A program made the translations under genes and the position numbers. Of a stretch of 64,000 bases of DNA, positions 25,712-35,003 are shown piece by piece. Below the pieces are notes generated by a model. The model worked only from the letters and a program-made list of their open reading frames with translations, did no database searches and had not been told where the DNA came from. The stretch's first letter is position 1. The number at the start of each line of letters is the position of its first letter. Source of the stretch: an uncultured Planctomycetota bacterium. GTDB lineage: Bacteria > Planctomycetota > PLA2 > JAEUHO01. The stretch spans positions 672,001 through 736,000 of the forward strand of contig CAVVXN010000001.1 of the NCBI GenBank assembly GCA_963752285.1. Reading direction: 5' to 3'.

Positions 25712-26902
25712 CTACTCCGGCGTGCCGACGTCCTCGAGGATGTCCGTGCGCTCCTGTCTCAGGAGCAGCCGGAACCCCTGGATCGGCTCGCCCTCCTTCG
25801 CGCCGGGCACGCGCTCGACGACGAAGAGCTCGTCGCGTCGCGAGGTCTCCTTCTCGCCGATGATGCGGAACGAGAAGAACGAGCTCCGCACGTCGAAGTC
25901 CAGGCTCGGGTCCACCTGGTTCGCCTGCAGCGCCTGCGCGTCGATCCCGTCCACCTGGCTCAGCTGGTCCACCGACGTGAAGGGGTTCCCGGACGTGGCG
26001 CCGAGGGTGTCGTTCGTCGTGGTGCCGGACGTCGCGCCGCTCGTCGTGCCGCTCGTCGAGCCGCCCGTCGTGTCGCCCGGGGTGGAGCTGTCGTCGGTCG
26101 AGGGCGCCGTCTCGCGGTGCTCGACGATGCGGTCCGCGAGCTCGGGGTTCTTGAAGAAGTAGGCCCTCAGCACCACGGCGTCCGCCGTGTTCAGGTTGAG
26201 CTTCCCCGTCCCGTAGAGCGTCAGGTAGCGGGCGAGGCCCGCGCTCACCTTGTCCTCCTTCCGCTGGTCGTAGAGGAGGAACGAGAAACGCTGGTCGCGG
26301 ACCGGGGGCAGGAAGTCGAGCTCCTCGAGGATCAGGATCGTGCGGTTGTCCGCCATGCTCGGGCTGGGGATGTTGGCGCGGATCGGGCCCTTCGACAGGT
26401 ACTCGGAGATCTCGTTGGCCCACGTCTCCGCGTCCCCGTCCGAGATCTCGTTCTCGGTGTCGCGCCGGAACTCCCGGAGCAGGCGTTGGAATCGCTCCTT
26501 CGCGAGCTTGCGGCGGTCGAGGTCCTTGTCCGCGAGGAGCCGCAGGTTGAACTTGCCCTGCTCGTCGTAGGGGTGGGTGGTCAGCGCGACGTCGGACCCC
26601 AGCTCCGTCCGGCTGAGGATCTGCGAGCTGTTCCACTCGTCGTCCTTGCTGTCCACGTCGTTCGACTCGGCGTCGAAGCGGAGGTACGAGAGCATCACCT
26701 CGTACTGCCCGTCGATCGCGTTCTCGACCTGCAGCTCCTGGGCGACGTTCATGGCCGTCTGCGACTCGAGCTGCACCTGCATCGCGAACTCCCCGGCGAA
26801 GGGGATCAGGATCAGCGAGAGGAGCATCACGAGCAGCAGCGCGATGCCGCGCTCGCCGGCGCGCGGGGCACGGACGCGGGGGGAGGGGGGCACGACGATC
26901 AT
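25712..26902 (-). CDS. gspK: Type II secretion minor pseudopilin GspK-like protein
   Basis: ERG|IALLLVM class III leader lacking Glu5; DEQGKFNL; LEELDFL; GKLNLNTAD; PFTSVDQL..VDGI; VRSSFF. Confidence 0.8.
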   Translation of the reverse strand: MIVVPPSPRVRAPRAGERGIALLLVMLLSLILIPFAGEFAMQVQLESQTAMNVAQELQVENAIDGQYEVMLSYLRFDAESNDVDSKDDEWNSSQILSRTELGSDVALTTHPYDEQGKFNLRLLADKDLDRRKLAKERFQRLLREFRRDTENEISDGDAETWANEISEYLSKGPIRANIPSPSMADNRTILILEELDFLPPVRDQRFSFLLYDQRKEDKVSAGLARYLTLYGTGKLNLNTADAVVLRAYFFKNPELADRIVEHRETAPSTDDSSTPGDTTGGSTSGTTSGATSGTTTNDTLGATSGNPFTSVDQLSQVDGIDAQALQANQVDPSLDFDVRSSFFSFRIIGEKETSRRDELFVVERVPGAKEGEPIQGFRLLLRQERTDILEDVGTPE

Positions 26903-27111
26903 CGAAGACTTGGACGACGGCCCGCGGTCGGGTCTTCGAACGAGGATAGCCCCGCGTCCCGGGGCCTCGCGCCCCGTCCGACCCCTCCGGGTCGGCCGTG
27001 CGACGCGCGGTCCACGGGCGGGGGACGGGCCCCCGGTCGCCGAGCCCCTCGCGCGGCGCTCGGCCCGTGAAGGAATGGGCCGAACCCCGGACTCGATTCC
27101 TTCACGGGCTC

Positions 27112-28563
27112 TCAGGGCGCGATCACCCGGACGAGGTCCTGGCCTCCGGGGGGGGCCCGGTAGAGGAGGATCACCTGGTCCTGGCCCCGACCCTCGAGAT
27201 CGCCCACGTAGCCCTCGACGTTCGGGCTCGCGCCGACGGGGGGGATCGAGACCTTCCGGCCCTCGGCCGCCCACACCGTCCCCGGCACGCCGCCGTGCAC
27301 CTCGAGCGTCTCGGGCCCCGTGCGGATGAGGAGGTCCTTTCGGCGGTCGCCGTCGAAGTCGCCGCGGGCGAGGATCGTGAAGGAGCGGCTGACGTCGATG
27401 TTGCCCGCCTGGCTGAACCGGAGCCGCACGCCGATGTCCGACGAGATGCTCGCGTCGGGCGACTGCGGGTAGAGGCCGCCTTCCTCGCGCTGCAGGAACG
27501 CGAGCGTGCTCGCCGTCACCTGGCCCAAGATGGCGCGGGCCGTGTTGCGCGCGTCGATGGGGATCGTCGTCACCACGAAGTCGAGGCGGCCGTCGCCGTC
27601 GAGGTCCACGTAGTCGGGGTCGAGCTGGAACCCCTCGAGCCGCAGCACGGCGGCCGGGGGCCGGAGCCCCCCGGCGCCCGGCAGGAGCTTCCCGTCGGAG
27701 AACGTCGGCCTCGGCGTGCGGAAGAAGGCGTAGCTCCCCTCGCGGTTCGTCCCCTGCTCGAGCACCAGGTCCGGCGCGCCGTCGGCGTCGAGGTCGAGGA
27801 CGCGGCGCACGCCCTCGGGCGGGAGGAACCCCGCGTCGTACGCCACCTGCTGGTCGCCGACGAAGGCCAGGAGCGAGCGTCCGGAGAGCGTCCACAGCGA
27901 CGGCGCGCCCGGGTCCGGCGCGCCCGCGGGACAGCGACCGAGGACGAGGCGGGGGTGGCCGATCACGATGCGCGCGGCGTCCTCGAGGAAGCCGCCGGCG
28001 GGTTCCAGCATCTCGAGCGGCGGCGCGGCGAGGTCCACGGGTCCGTGCGCGGCGTACGGCCCCCCGAGGACGCGCCAGCCGGTCGGGGTGGGGAGGAGGA
28101 GGGTCCCGTCGGCCCGCGCGAGGTCCACGAACGCGGCCTTGTGCGCGTCCCGCCACGAGGGCGGGTCGGGTGCGCCCTCGACCGGCGTCGAGGCGCCGGT
28201 GTCGAGCGCGACGTGGCGGAGGCCCCTCGGTCCGAGCACGAGGAGGCCCGCGCCGCCCGGCGCGGTCGGGGGCGCCGCGTCCACGAAGTCCACGTCGTCT
28301 TCGAGCGCGACCCGGGAGGTCGGCTTCGGGTCGGGCAGGTCCCTCGCGCGGCCCGCGTACACGTACACGTCCCGCGCGCGGAGCAGGAGGAGGTCGTCGA
28401 TGCCGTCACCGGTCGCGTCGGCCACGAGGAGCCCGTCCACGAGCGGCGGGCCCTCGAGCGTCACCGGGGCGCTCGACGCGCGCGCGGGGCGCGTCCCGAG
28501 GAGGAGCGCGGCGAGCGCGAGGAGGAGCACGGGGAGGGGGCGCGCATGCGGTCGTCGTCGCAT
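27112..28563 (-). CDS. Exported FG-GAP/VCBS repeat protein
   Basis: Signal peptide; repeated DxxGDGxxDL motifs (DATGDGIDDL, DLDADGAPDL, DLDGDGRLDF, DFDGDRRKDL). Confidence 0.88.
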   Translation of the reverse strand: MRRRPHARPLPVLLLALAALLLGTRPARASSAPVTLEGPPLVDGLLVADATGDGIDDLLLLRARDVYVYAGRARDLPDPKPTSRVALEDDVDFVDAAPPTAPGGAGLLVLGPRGLRHVALDTGASTPVEGAPDPPSWRDAHKAAFVDLARADGTLLLPTPTGWRVLGGPYAAHGPVDLAAPPLEMLEPAGGFLEDAARIVIGHPRLVLGRCPAGAPDPGAPSLWTLSGRSLLAFVGDQQVAYDAGFLPPEGVRRVLDLDADGAPDLVLEQGTNREGSYAFFRTPRPTFSDGKLLPGAGGLRPPAAVLRLEGFQLDPDYVDLDGDGRLDFVVTTIPIDARNTARAILGQVTASTLAFLQREEGGLYPQSPDASISSDIGVRLRFSQAGNIDVSRSFTILARGDFDGDRRKDLLIRTGPETLEVHGGVPGTVWAAEGRKVSIPPVGASPNVEGYVGDLEGRGQDQVILLYRAPPGGQDLVRVIAP

Positions 28564-28565
28564 GG

Positions 28566-30074
28566 CTACCTCCTCGGCGAGACGACGTAGATCCGGTCCT
28601 CGCTCCACACGACCGCGTCCGCGAGGCCGTCGCCCGTCAGGTCCTCGACGACGAGCTGCGGCGCGAGGGGCGACGGCATGCGCACGCGCGGGAGGATCCG
28701 GTTCGTGAAGGAGATCGGGTCGCCGGGCCCCTCGGCGTTCTTCGCCACCGCGCCGAGGATCTCCAGGCCCTTCAGGTTGCCGAGGTCGAGCAGGTCGGCG
28801 CGGCCGTCGCCGTCGAAGTCGCCCTCGAAGGAGGCCGACCGGCCGAAGTGGTTGCTGACCGCCTCCTCGCGCGAGTAGGGCCGCTCCACCGAGAATCGCG
28901 GCGTGGTCTCGAAGGTGCCGCGCGCGCGGTCGAACCGGAAGCCGACGTACCAGATCGTCGGCTCGGCGCCGAGGACCCGTCGGATCAGGTCGAAGCGTCC
29001 GCCCCGGATCGAGTCGTTCACGTAGTCGAGCGCGCCGTCGCCGTCGAGGTCCACGAAGGTGGGATGGAGCGCGACCGACTCCGTGTCGATGCGCACGCGC
29101 GGCTCGACGAGCCGACCGGTCTTCGGATCGACGAACGGCCCCGGGTAGTGGAGCAGGCGCGTGCGGAACGTCGTGAAGTCGGTGCGGTTCCCCGTGACGA
29201 GGGTGACGAGGAGGTCGGTCTTGCCGTCGCCGTCCACGTCGGCGAGCTGGATGCGGGGCGTGTGCACCTCGTCGGGGCCGAGGTCCGTCTTCACGAAGGG
29301 GAGGGGGACGCGCCACTTCGGCTCCCCGCCGGTGTCCGCGGCGAACACGAGGAGCGTGTCGCCGGCCACCGTCACGAGCTCGCGCTTGCCGTCGCCGTCC
29401 ACGTCGGCGGGGGCGAGACCGGGCACGCTCGCGTACCGGAGGAAGAGGTGCTCGGCGTCCGTCGCGCCGCGGTTCTCCACCTCGAGCCCGAGGTGCCGCG
29501 GGGCCGCCTCCTCGCGGCCGAGGAGGACGAGCTGCCCCGACCCCTCCGCCGTCGGGAACCAGCACTCCTCGACGCCGTCCCGGTCGAGGTCCGCGTGCCC
29601 GTCCCAGAACGTGATGCGGCGGCCCGCGCTGCGTCCGAAGAGGGTCGAGAGGCCCGCACCCACCGCCTGGAGCGTCCCCTCCCCGCTCGGCGCGAGGTCA
29701 TGGACCCCCTGGCGATCGAAGAACCGGACGCGCGCGGCCCCGCCGGAGCCGAACCGTCCGACAGAGATCGCGCCCGCGCGCGCCGCCACGCCCTCGTCCA
29801 GGGGGACGCGCCGCGCCGCTTGGGCCGTCCAGAACGTCCCCTTCACGGGCGTGGCCGGCGTGGGGAGGACGAGCAGCTCCTCGCGGGTCGCGCCGTCCTC
29901 CCCGCTCCTCGCGAGGAGGAACACGAGGTCCTTCCGGCCGTCGCCGTCCACGTCGAGCACGCGTACGTCCTCGACGCGCCCGCCCGGGGCGAACACGTAC
30001 TGTCCGATCTCGATCGCCCACGCCGCCGCCGGGAAGAGGCCGAGCGCGGCGAGGACGATCAACCCGCGAGCCAT
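28566..30074 (-). CDS. Exported FG-GAP/VCBS repeat protein
   Basis: Signal peptide ending AWA; seven DxDGDG-like motifs, consistent with a beta-propeller. Confidence 0.9.
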   Translation of the reverse strand: MARGLIVLAALGLFPAAAWAIEIGQYVFAPGGRVEDVRVLDVDGDGRKDLVFLLARSGEDGATREELLVLPTPATPVKGTFWTAQAARRVPLDEGVAARAGAISVGRFGSGGAARVRFFDRQGVHDLAPSGEGTLQAVGAGLSTLFGRSAGRRITFWDGHADLDRDGVEECWFPTAEGSGQLVLLGREEAAPRHLGLEVENRGATDAEHLFLRYASVPGLAPADVDGDGKRELVTVAGDTLLVFAADTGGEPKWRVPLPFVKTDLGPDEVHTPRIQLADVDGDGKTDLLVTLVTGNRTDFTTFRTRLLHYPGPFVDPKTGRLVEPRVRIDTESVALHPTFVDLDGDGALDYVNDSIRGGRFDLIRRVLGAEPTIWYVGFRFDRARGTFETTPRFSVERPYSREEAVSNHFGRSASFEGDFDGDGRADLLDLGNLKGLEILGAVAKNAEGPGDPISFTNRILPRVRMPSPLAPQLVVEDLTGDGLADAVVWSEDRIYVVSPRR

Positions 30075-30255
30075 CCCCGGATGCTACCCGCCTTGAGACG
30101 CGCGGACGCCGAACGGACCGCCGGTGACCCGGCGCGCCCCCGCCCGTCTTCCCGAAGCGCGGCGGGGGACCGCGGCGGGGGCGCGGCCGAAACGGCGCGG
30201 GCGCCGGGCGAAGCGGGGGCTCGGCACGGGCGTGACTTCGTTCGGCGTCTTCGCG

Positions 30256-31479
30256 CTACGCGTGGATGTCGCGGCGGGCGAAGACGCGCGTGGCGAGGAG
30301 CAGGAGCGCGGCGCCGGTCACGAGGGCCGTCGCGAGGCCCGCGCCGAGGAGCGCGGGGTCCCACCGTTCGCTCAGCGCGCGCCCGATCTTGTCCTGGAGC
30401 TCGAGCAGGCGGTCGGGGTAGCCGGTGTAGATCCCCTGCAGGACGTCCCGCGGGAGGCGGAGCAGCACGTCCGCGAAGCGGAGGCCCGCGAACACGAGGA
30501 ACGCGGTCGAGAGCGCGGCCACCACGCTGTCGAAGACCGCCGAGATCGCGAGACCGACCAGCGAGGTCACGGCGAGCGCGCCCAGCCCGGCCAGCACGGC
30601 CTCGACCGCGTGCGACGCCATCTCCGACGCGGGCGCGAACACCTGGACCGCCGCCGACTGGGGCTCGCCGAACATCGGCTCGAGGTGCTGGACCACGTCG
30701 CCGAGACCGTCCACGGCCGCGGCGTGTCCGAGTGAGACGGTGGCCGCGACGAGCCCGAAGAGGAGGGTCGCCCCGAGCAGCACGAGTGCCTTCGCCACGA
30801 TCCAGTCGCTGCGCCGGTACGCGTGCGGGAGCATCATCTTGAGCGTGCCGCCCGTCGCCTCGCCCGCGAGGGCCGTCGCGCCGAGCACGAGCAGGAACAC
30901 CTCGCCCGCCCACAGGCCCGCGGCGAACGAGCCCGACGCGACCGACCATCCGCTCGTCTCCGCGCCGCGGTGTCCCGTCATCGCCGCGAAGAGGGTCACG
31001 AGGGCCGTGGCGACGAGGCCGGCGCAAAAGAGCCGGCTCTTCCGGGTCTTCAGCGCCTCGCTCCGGAGCAGGCGCCCGAGGCGGCGCAGGGCCGCGAGAT
31101 CCGAGAGCAGCACCACGAGGAGCACCGCCCACGGCAGGTACGAGTGGAGCGACGCGAGGAATGCGGGCCCCGGGGCGTGCGGGGTCTCGCCCGGGGACGG
31201 ACGCGCCGCACCCAGCGCGTCCGTCCCGAGCGCGAGGGCCATCCCGACGAGGGCGACGACGACCGCCGACACGAGCGCGCGGGCGAGCCACGCGGGCCCA
31301 AACGGGCGCCACGGGGAGACCCCGGCGACGGCCCCGGCCGCGAGGAACGCGAGGAGCTCGGTCCCCCACGTGGCCCCGGGGGCGAAGCGCGCCGTCGCGG
31401 CCCAGGCCACGACCGCCCAGGCGACCCACGCCTCCACGTGGGACCGGCGGACGCGGCGGTCGGCGCCGGGCCCGATCAC
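30256..31479 (-). CDS. ABC-2 type transporter permease with extra N-terminal TM region
   Basis: Multiple TMs; LRSEALKTRK, LAGEATGGTLKMML...RSDWIVAK, C-terminal FARRDI. Confidence 0.85.
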   Translation of the reverse strand: MIGPGADRRVRRSHVEAWVAWAVVAWAATARFAPGATWGTELLAFLAAGAVAGVSPWRPFGPAWLARALVSAVVVALVGMALALGTDALGAARPSPGETPHAPGPAFLASLHSYLPWAVLLVVLLSDLAALRRLGRLLRSEALKTRKSRLFCAGLVATALVTLFAAMTGHRGAETSGWSVASGSFAAGLWAGEVFLLVLGATALAGEATGGTLKMMLPHAYRRSDWIVAKALVLLGATLLFGLVAATVSLGHAAAVDGLGDVVQHLEPMFGEPQSAAVQVFAPASEMASHAVEAVLAGLGALAVTSLVGLAISAVFDSVVAALSTAFLVFAGLRFADVLLRLPRDVLQGIYTGYPDRLLELQDKIGRALSERWDPALLGAGLATALVTGAALLLLATRVFARRDIHA

Positions 31480-32390
31480 CCGATCACCCCCTCGGTCTTC
31501 TCGAGGAAGTACCGCTCGAGGCTCGCGCGCACGGGCGTGACCGCGACGGCGGGAAGACCCGCCTCGAGCAGCGCGCGGTGCACGTCTCCGAGCACGGCCT
31601 CGTCGCCGGCCACGTAGAGGAGGCCGTCGTCGTCCACCCTCGCGGCGAGCGTGGACCGCGCGCGGCCGAGCGCGGTCGCGGCCCGCGCGTTGTCGGCCGT
31701 CTCGATCCGGAAGCCCGAGATCGCCGACGAGAGGAGCTCGTCGATCCGGCCCTCCGCGACCATGCGCCCTCGATGCAGGATCCCGATCTCGTCGCAGAGG
31801 GTCTGCACGTCGTGGAGCAGATGGCTCGAGAGGAGGAACGTGACGCCGAACCGGTCGCGCTGGTCGCGGATCAGCTTTCGCATCTCGCGCATGCCGGCCG
31901 GGTCGAGGCCGTTCATCGGCTCGTCCAGGACGACGAACCGCGGGCGGCCGACGAGCGCTTGCGCGATCCCGAGTCGTTGGCGCATGCCGAGGCTGTAGCC
32001 GCCGGTCTTGCGGTCCTTCGCCTCCGCGAGCGCCACGGCCTCGAGGAGGTCGTCCACCTCCGACGCGGGCGCGCCCACGAGCCGCGCGTGGACGAGCAGG
32101 TTCTCGCGGCCGGTCAGGTAGGGGTAGAAGGCGGGGACCTCGACCAGCGTCCGCAGCCCCTCCGCGGCGCCCAACCGGTCGTGGAGGAGGTCCCGGCCGA
32201 GGAGGCGCACCTCGCCGGCCGTCGGCGCCACGAGGCCCGCCAGCACGCGGATCGTGGTGGTCTTGCCCGCGCCGTTCGGGCCGATGAAGCCGTAGATCGT
32301 GCCCTCGCCGACCGTCAGGTCGATCCCGGCGAGCGCGACGACCGCGCCGTAGCGCTTCGCGAGTCCCCGCACCTCCACGACGGCGGTCAA
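31476..32390 (-). CDS. ABC transporter ATP-binding protein (BcrA-like)
   Basis: GPNGAGKTT, YSLGMRQRLG, VVLDEPMNGLDP, SSHLL. Confidence 0.95.
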   Translation of the reverse strand: MTAVVEVRGLAKRYGAVVALAGIDLTVGEGTIYGFIGPNGAGKTTTIRVLAGLVAPTAGEVRLLGRDLLHDRLGAAEGLRTLVEVPAFYPYLTGRENLLVHARLVGAPASEVDDLLEAVALAEAKDRKTGGYSLGMRQRLGIAQALVGRPRFVVLDEPMNGLDPAGMREMRKLIRDQRDRFGVTFLLSSHLLHDVQTLCDEIGILHRGRMVAEGRIDELLSSAISGFRIETADNARAATALGRARSTLAARVDDDGLLYVAGDEAVLGDVHRALLEAGLPAVAVTPVRASLERYFLEKTEGVIG

Positions 32391-32394
32391 GGCG

Positions 32395-33033
32395 TCACTT
32401 CCAGAGGTCCGTCACGAACGACTCGACGGCCGTCGCCACGCGGGTCCCCATGTACAGCATCTCGTCCACGCGCGTGCGCGAGAGCTTCTTGAACTCGGCG
32501 TCGTCGATCAGGGCCAGGTTCGCCTGCACGTTCAGGGCGGCCGACTTCAGGGTGGCGCGGCAGAGCTCCGTGCCGACCGCGCCGTCGCTCGCCGCGTTCT
32601 TGTTGCCGGACTCGACCGCGTTCTTGGCCAGGCCGATCACGTCCACGCACTGCTCCATGACGCGGAGCGGGACCTCGACCGCGGTGCGCAGCGCCGCCTG
32701 GATCCGGTCGTGGCGCAGGGCCTTCTCCTCGTCGGTCCGGCGGGGCAGCGCGTACGCCTTCGTGACCGCCTCGAACGCCTGCGCGTCCTCGCGGGCGAGC
32801 CCGAGCAAGCGGCGCGAGGCCTCGTCGGCGCCCTCGGCCACGGCCTCCATCAGGCGGTGCTGGCTCTGGTAGCGCGGCCGCGCGAGCGTCACGCGCGCGA
32901 GCATCGCCACCAGGGACGCGCCGATCGCGCCGGCCACCGCGGACCCGGTCCCGCCGCCGGGGACCGCGTCGCCGCTCGCGAGCGCCCCGAGCAGGGCGCC
33001 GACGGTCGAGGTCTCGGGATCGGGTACCGCCAT
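32395..33033 (-). CDS. Formiminotetrahydrofolate cyclodeaminase/cyclohydrolase family protein (FTCD C-terminal domain only)
   Basis: LASGDAVPGGGTGSA, D..AF..V..AY.LPR.T.EEK..R, GNKNAASDG, LNVQANL..IDD. Confidence 0.9.
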   Translation of the reverse strand: MAVPDPETSTVGALLGALASGDAVPGGGTGSAVAGAIGASLVAMLARVTLARPRYQSQHRLMEAVAEGADEASRRLLGLAREDAQAFEAVTKAYALPRRTDEEKALRHDRIQAALRTAVEVPLRVMEQCVDVIGLAKNAVESGNKNAASDGAVGTELCRATLKSAALNVQANLALIDDAEFKKLSRTRVDEMLYMGTRVATAVESFVTDLWK

Positions 33034-33061
33034 GTTCGCTCTCTCCCTCGCCGGAGCGCCC

Positions 33062-33703
33062 TCAGACTACCCACGGCGCGAGTCGGGCGGCGAGGTCGCC
33101 GCCCTTGCGCACGTCGAAGTAGAGGTACGGGACCCCCGCGGCCCGGGCGGCCGTTGCGTCGTAGTCGGTGTCGCCCACCATGCGCGCGGCGCCGGGCCCG
33201 ACCCCGAGCCGCGCGAGCGCCGAGAAGAGGAGGTCGGGGCGGGGCTTCTCCGGGAGGCCCTCGCCGGCCGCGGCCAGGGCGTCCACGCGGCCCTCCAGGC
33301 CCGTGCGGGCGAGGATCTCGCGTGCGAGGGTCGCCTGCGTGTTCGTGACCACCGCGGTCTTGAGGCCACGCGCGCGGAGCCGGGCGAGGACCTCGAACAC
33401 CCCGCGGCCGAGACGCATGCGACCCACGTGGCGGGGCATCGCCTCGTCGTAGCGGCGTCGGATGTCGTCGGCCGAACGCCCGGGGTAGAGGTTCTTCACG
33501 TCGTCCTCGACGCCCTGTCCGAAGTACGAAAGGACCTCCGACTCGCTGAGCGTGGCGTAGCCGAGGTCCCGGCGCACCTCGTTCACGACGCCCGCCCAGG
33601 CGTCGAGCGAGTCCACGAGGACCCCGTCGAGGTCGAAGAGGATCGCCCGGACCTCGTCGTCGCGGTCGTCGATGCCAGGCCCCCCGCTTCCTCGGACGCT
33701 CAC
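33062..33703 (-). CDS. HAD-superfamily hydrolase (phosphoglycolate phosphatase-like)
   Basis: ILFDLDGVLVDS, VVTN, KPRPD, MVGDTDYD; GTG overlaps the hutI stop. Confidence 0.9.
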   Translation of the reverse strand: MSVRGSGGPGIDDRDDEVRAILFDLDGVLVDSLDAWAGVVNEVRRDLGYATLSESEVLSYFGQGVEDDVKNLYPGRSADDIRRRYDEAMPRHVGRMRLGRGVFEVLARLRARGLKTAVVTNTQATLAREILARTGLEGRVDALAAAGEGLPEKPRPDLLFSALARLGVGPGAARMVGDTDYDATAARAAGVPYLYFDVRKGGDLAARLAPWVV

Positions 33704-34983
33704 GCTCGCCGTCCCGCGCCGACGCGGCGCCCCTGGGACACGACGACGCGCCCGCCCGCGACGACGGTACGGACCAGGTTCGTCCCGAGACGATAGGGCA
33801 GGTGGACGTAGGCCGGCGCGTCCAGCACGACGAGGTCGGCGCGGCGCCCCGCCTCGATCCGGCCCGCCTCCGCGTCGAGCCCGATCGCACAGGCCGCGTT
33901 TTGGGTGATCGCGACCACCGCCTCCTCGGGCGTCATGCCGAGCTCGGCGCACCCGAGCGCCGCCACGAGCCCCAGGTTCTCGGTGGGAGAGGAGCCCGGG
34001 TTGAAGTCCGTCGCGAGCGCCACGGGGACCCCCTCGTCGATGAACGCGCGCGCGTCCGGCCTCGCGAGCCCGAGGAAGAGGCAGGACGCCGGGAGGAGGA
34101 CGGCCACCACGCCCGCCTCGCGAAGGCGCCGCCGGCCCGCGCGGCCCGTCGCGTCGAGGTGCTCCGCGCTGATCGCGCCCACCTCCGCGGCCAGCCGCGC
34201 GCCGCCGCCGTCGCGGAACTGGTCGGCGTGCACCTTCGGACGGAGGCCGTAGCGCCGTCCGGCCTCGAGGATTTGCCGCGCCTCCGCGACCGTGAACGCG
34301 CCCTTCTCGACGAAGACGTCCTGGAACGTCGCGAGCCGGCGCTTCGCGACGCGCGGGATCATCTCCTCGATCACCTCGCGCACGTACGACGCGCGGTCCT
34401 TCGCCGCGCGCGCGGGGAGCGCGTGGGCGCCGAGGAGCGTCGCGACCACCCGTACCGGGTGCCGCTTGGCGGCGCGCCGGATGGCCTCGAGGCTCTTCAC
34501 CTCGGCGTCCACCGCCAGGCCGTACCCGCTCTTCGCCTCGACGGCGGTCGTGCCGTGGAGCAGCATCCGGTCGAGATGGCGGCGGACGGCCGCGGCGAGC
34601 TCGTCGGTGGAGGCGTCGCGGACGCGCTCCGCCGACGCGAGGATGCCGCCACCCGCGGCGAGGATCTCCTCGTACGTCTCCCCGCGGCACCGCCGCGCGA
34701 ACTCGTCCGCGCGCGAGCCGACGAACGCGGGGTGCGTGTGGGCGTCCACGAAGCCCGGCAGGACCACCCGGTCGCGGCACGAGACGCGCCGGAGCGCCCG
34801 GTACCGCCGCGCGAGGTCCAGGGCCGGGCCCACCTCGAGGACCCGGCCCCGGTGGACCGCGACGGAGGCGTCCTCGACCACGCCGAGGTCGTTCGACGCG
34901 GCGCGGCCGGCCCGGGGCCCCTCGCCGCCCGCGAGGGTGACGACCTGGTTCGCGCGGACGAGGAGGAGGTCGATCGTGCGCAT
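33700..34983 (-). CDS. hutI: Imidazolonepropionase
   Basis: PGFVDAHTH, GGGIL, EAKSGYGL, LLGAHA, KVHADQ, SAEHL, ALATDFNPGSS. Confidence 0.96.
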   Translation of the reverse strand: MRTIDLLLVRANQVVTLAGGEGPRAGRAASNDLGVVEDASVAVHRGRVLEVGPALDLARRYRALRRVSCRDRVVLPGFVDAHTHPAFVGSRADEFARRCRGETYEEILAAGGGILASAERVRDASTDELAAAVRRHLDRMLLHGTTAVEAKSGYGLAVDAEVKSLEAIRRAAKRHPVRVVATLLGAHALPARAAKDRASYVREVIEEMIPRVAKRRLATFQDVFVEKGAFTVAEARQILEAGRRYGLRPKVHADQFRDGGGARLAAEVGAISAEHLDATGRAGRRRLREAGVVAVLLPASCLFLGLARPDARAFIDEGVPVALATDFNPGSSPTENLGLVAALGCAELGMTPEEAVVAITQNAACAIGLDAEAGRIEAGRRADLVVLDAPAYVHLPYRLGTNLVRTVVAGGRVVVSQGRRVGAGRRA

Positions 34984-35003
34984 GGGTCCGCGCCGCCGCG
35001 GGG

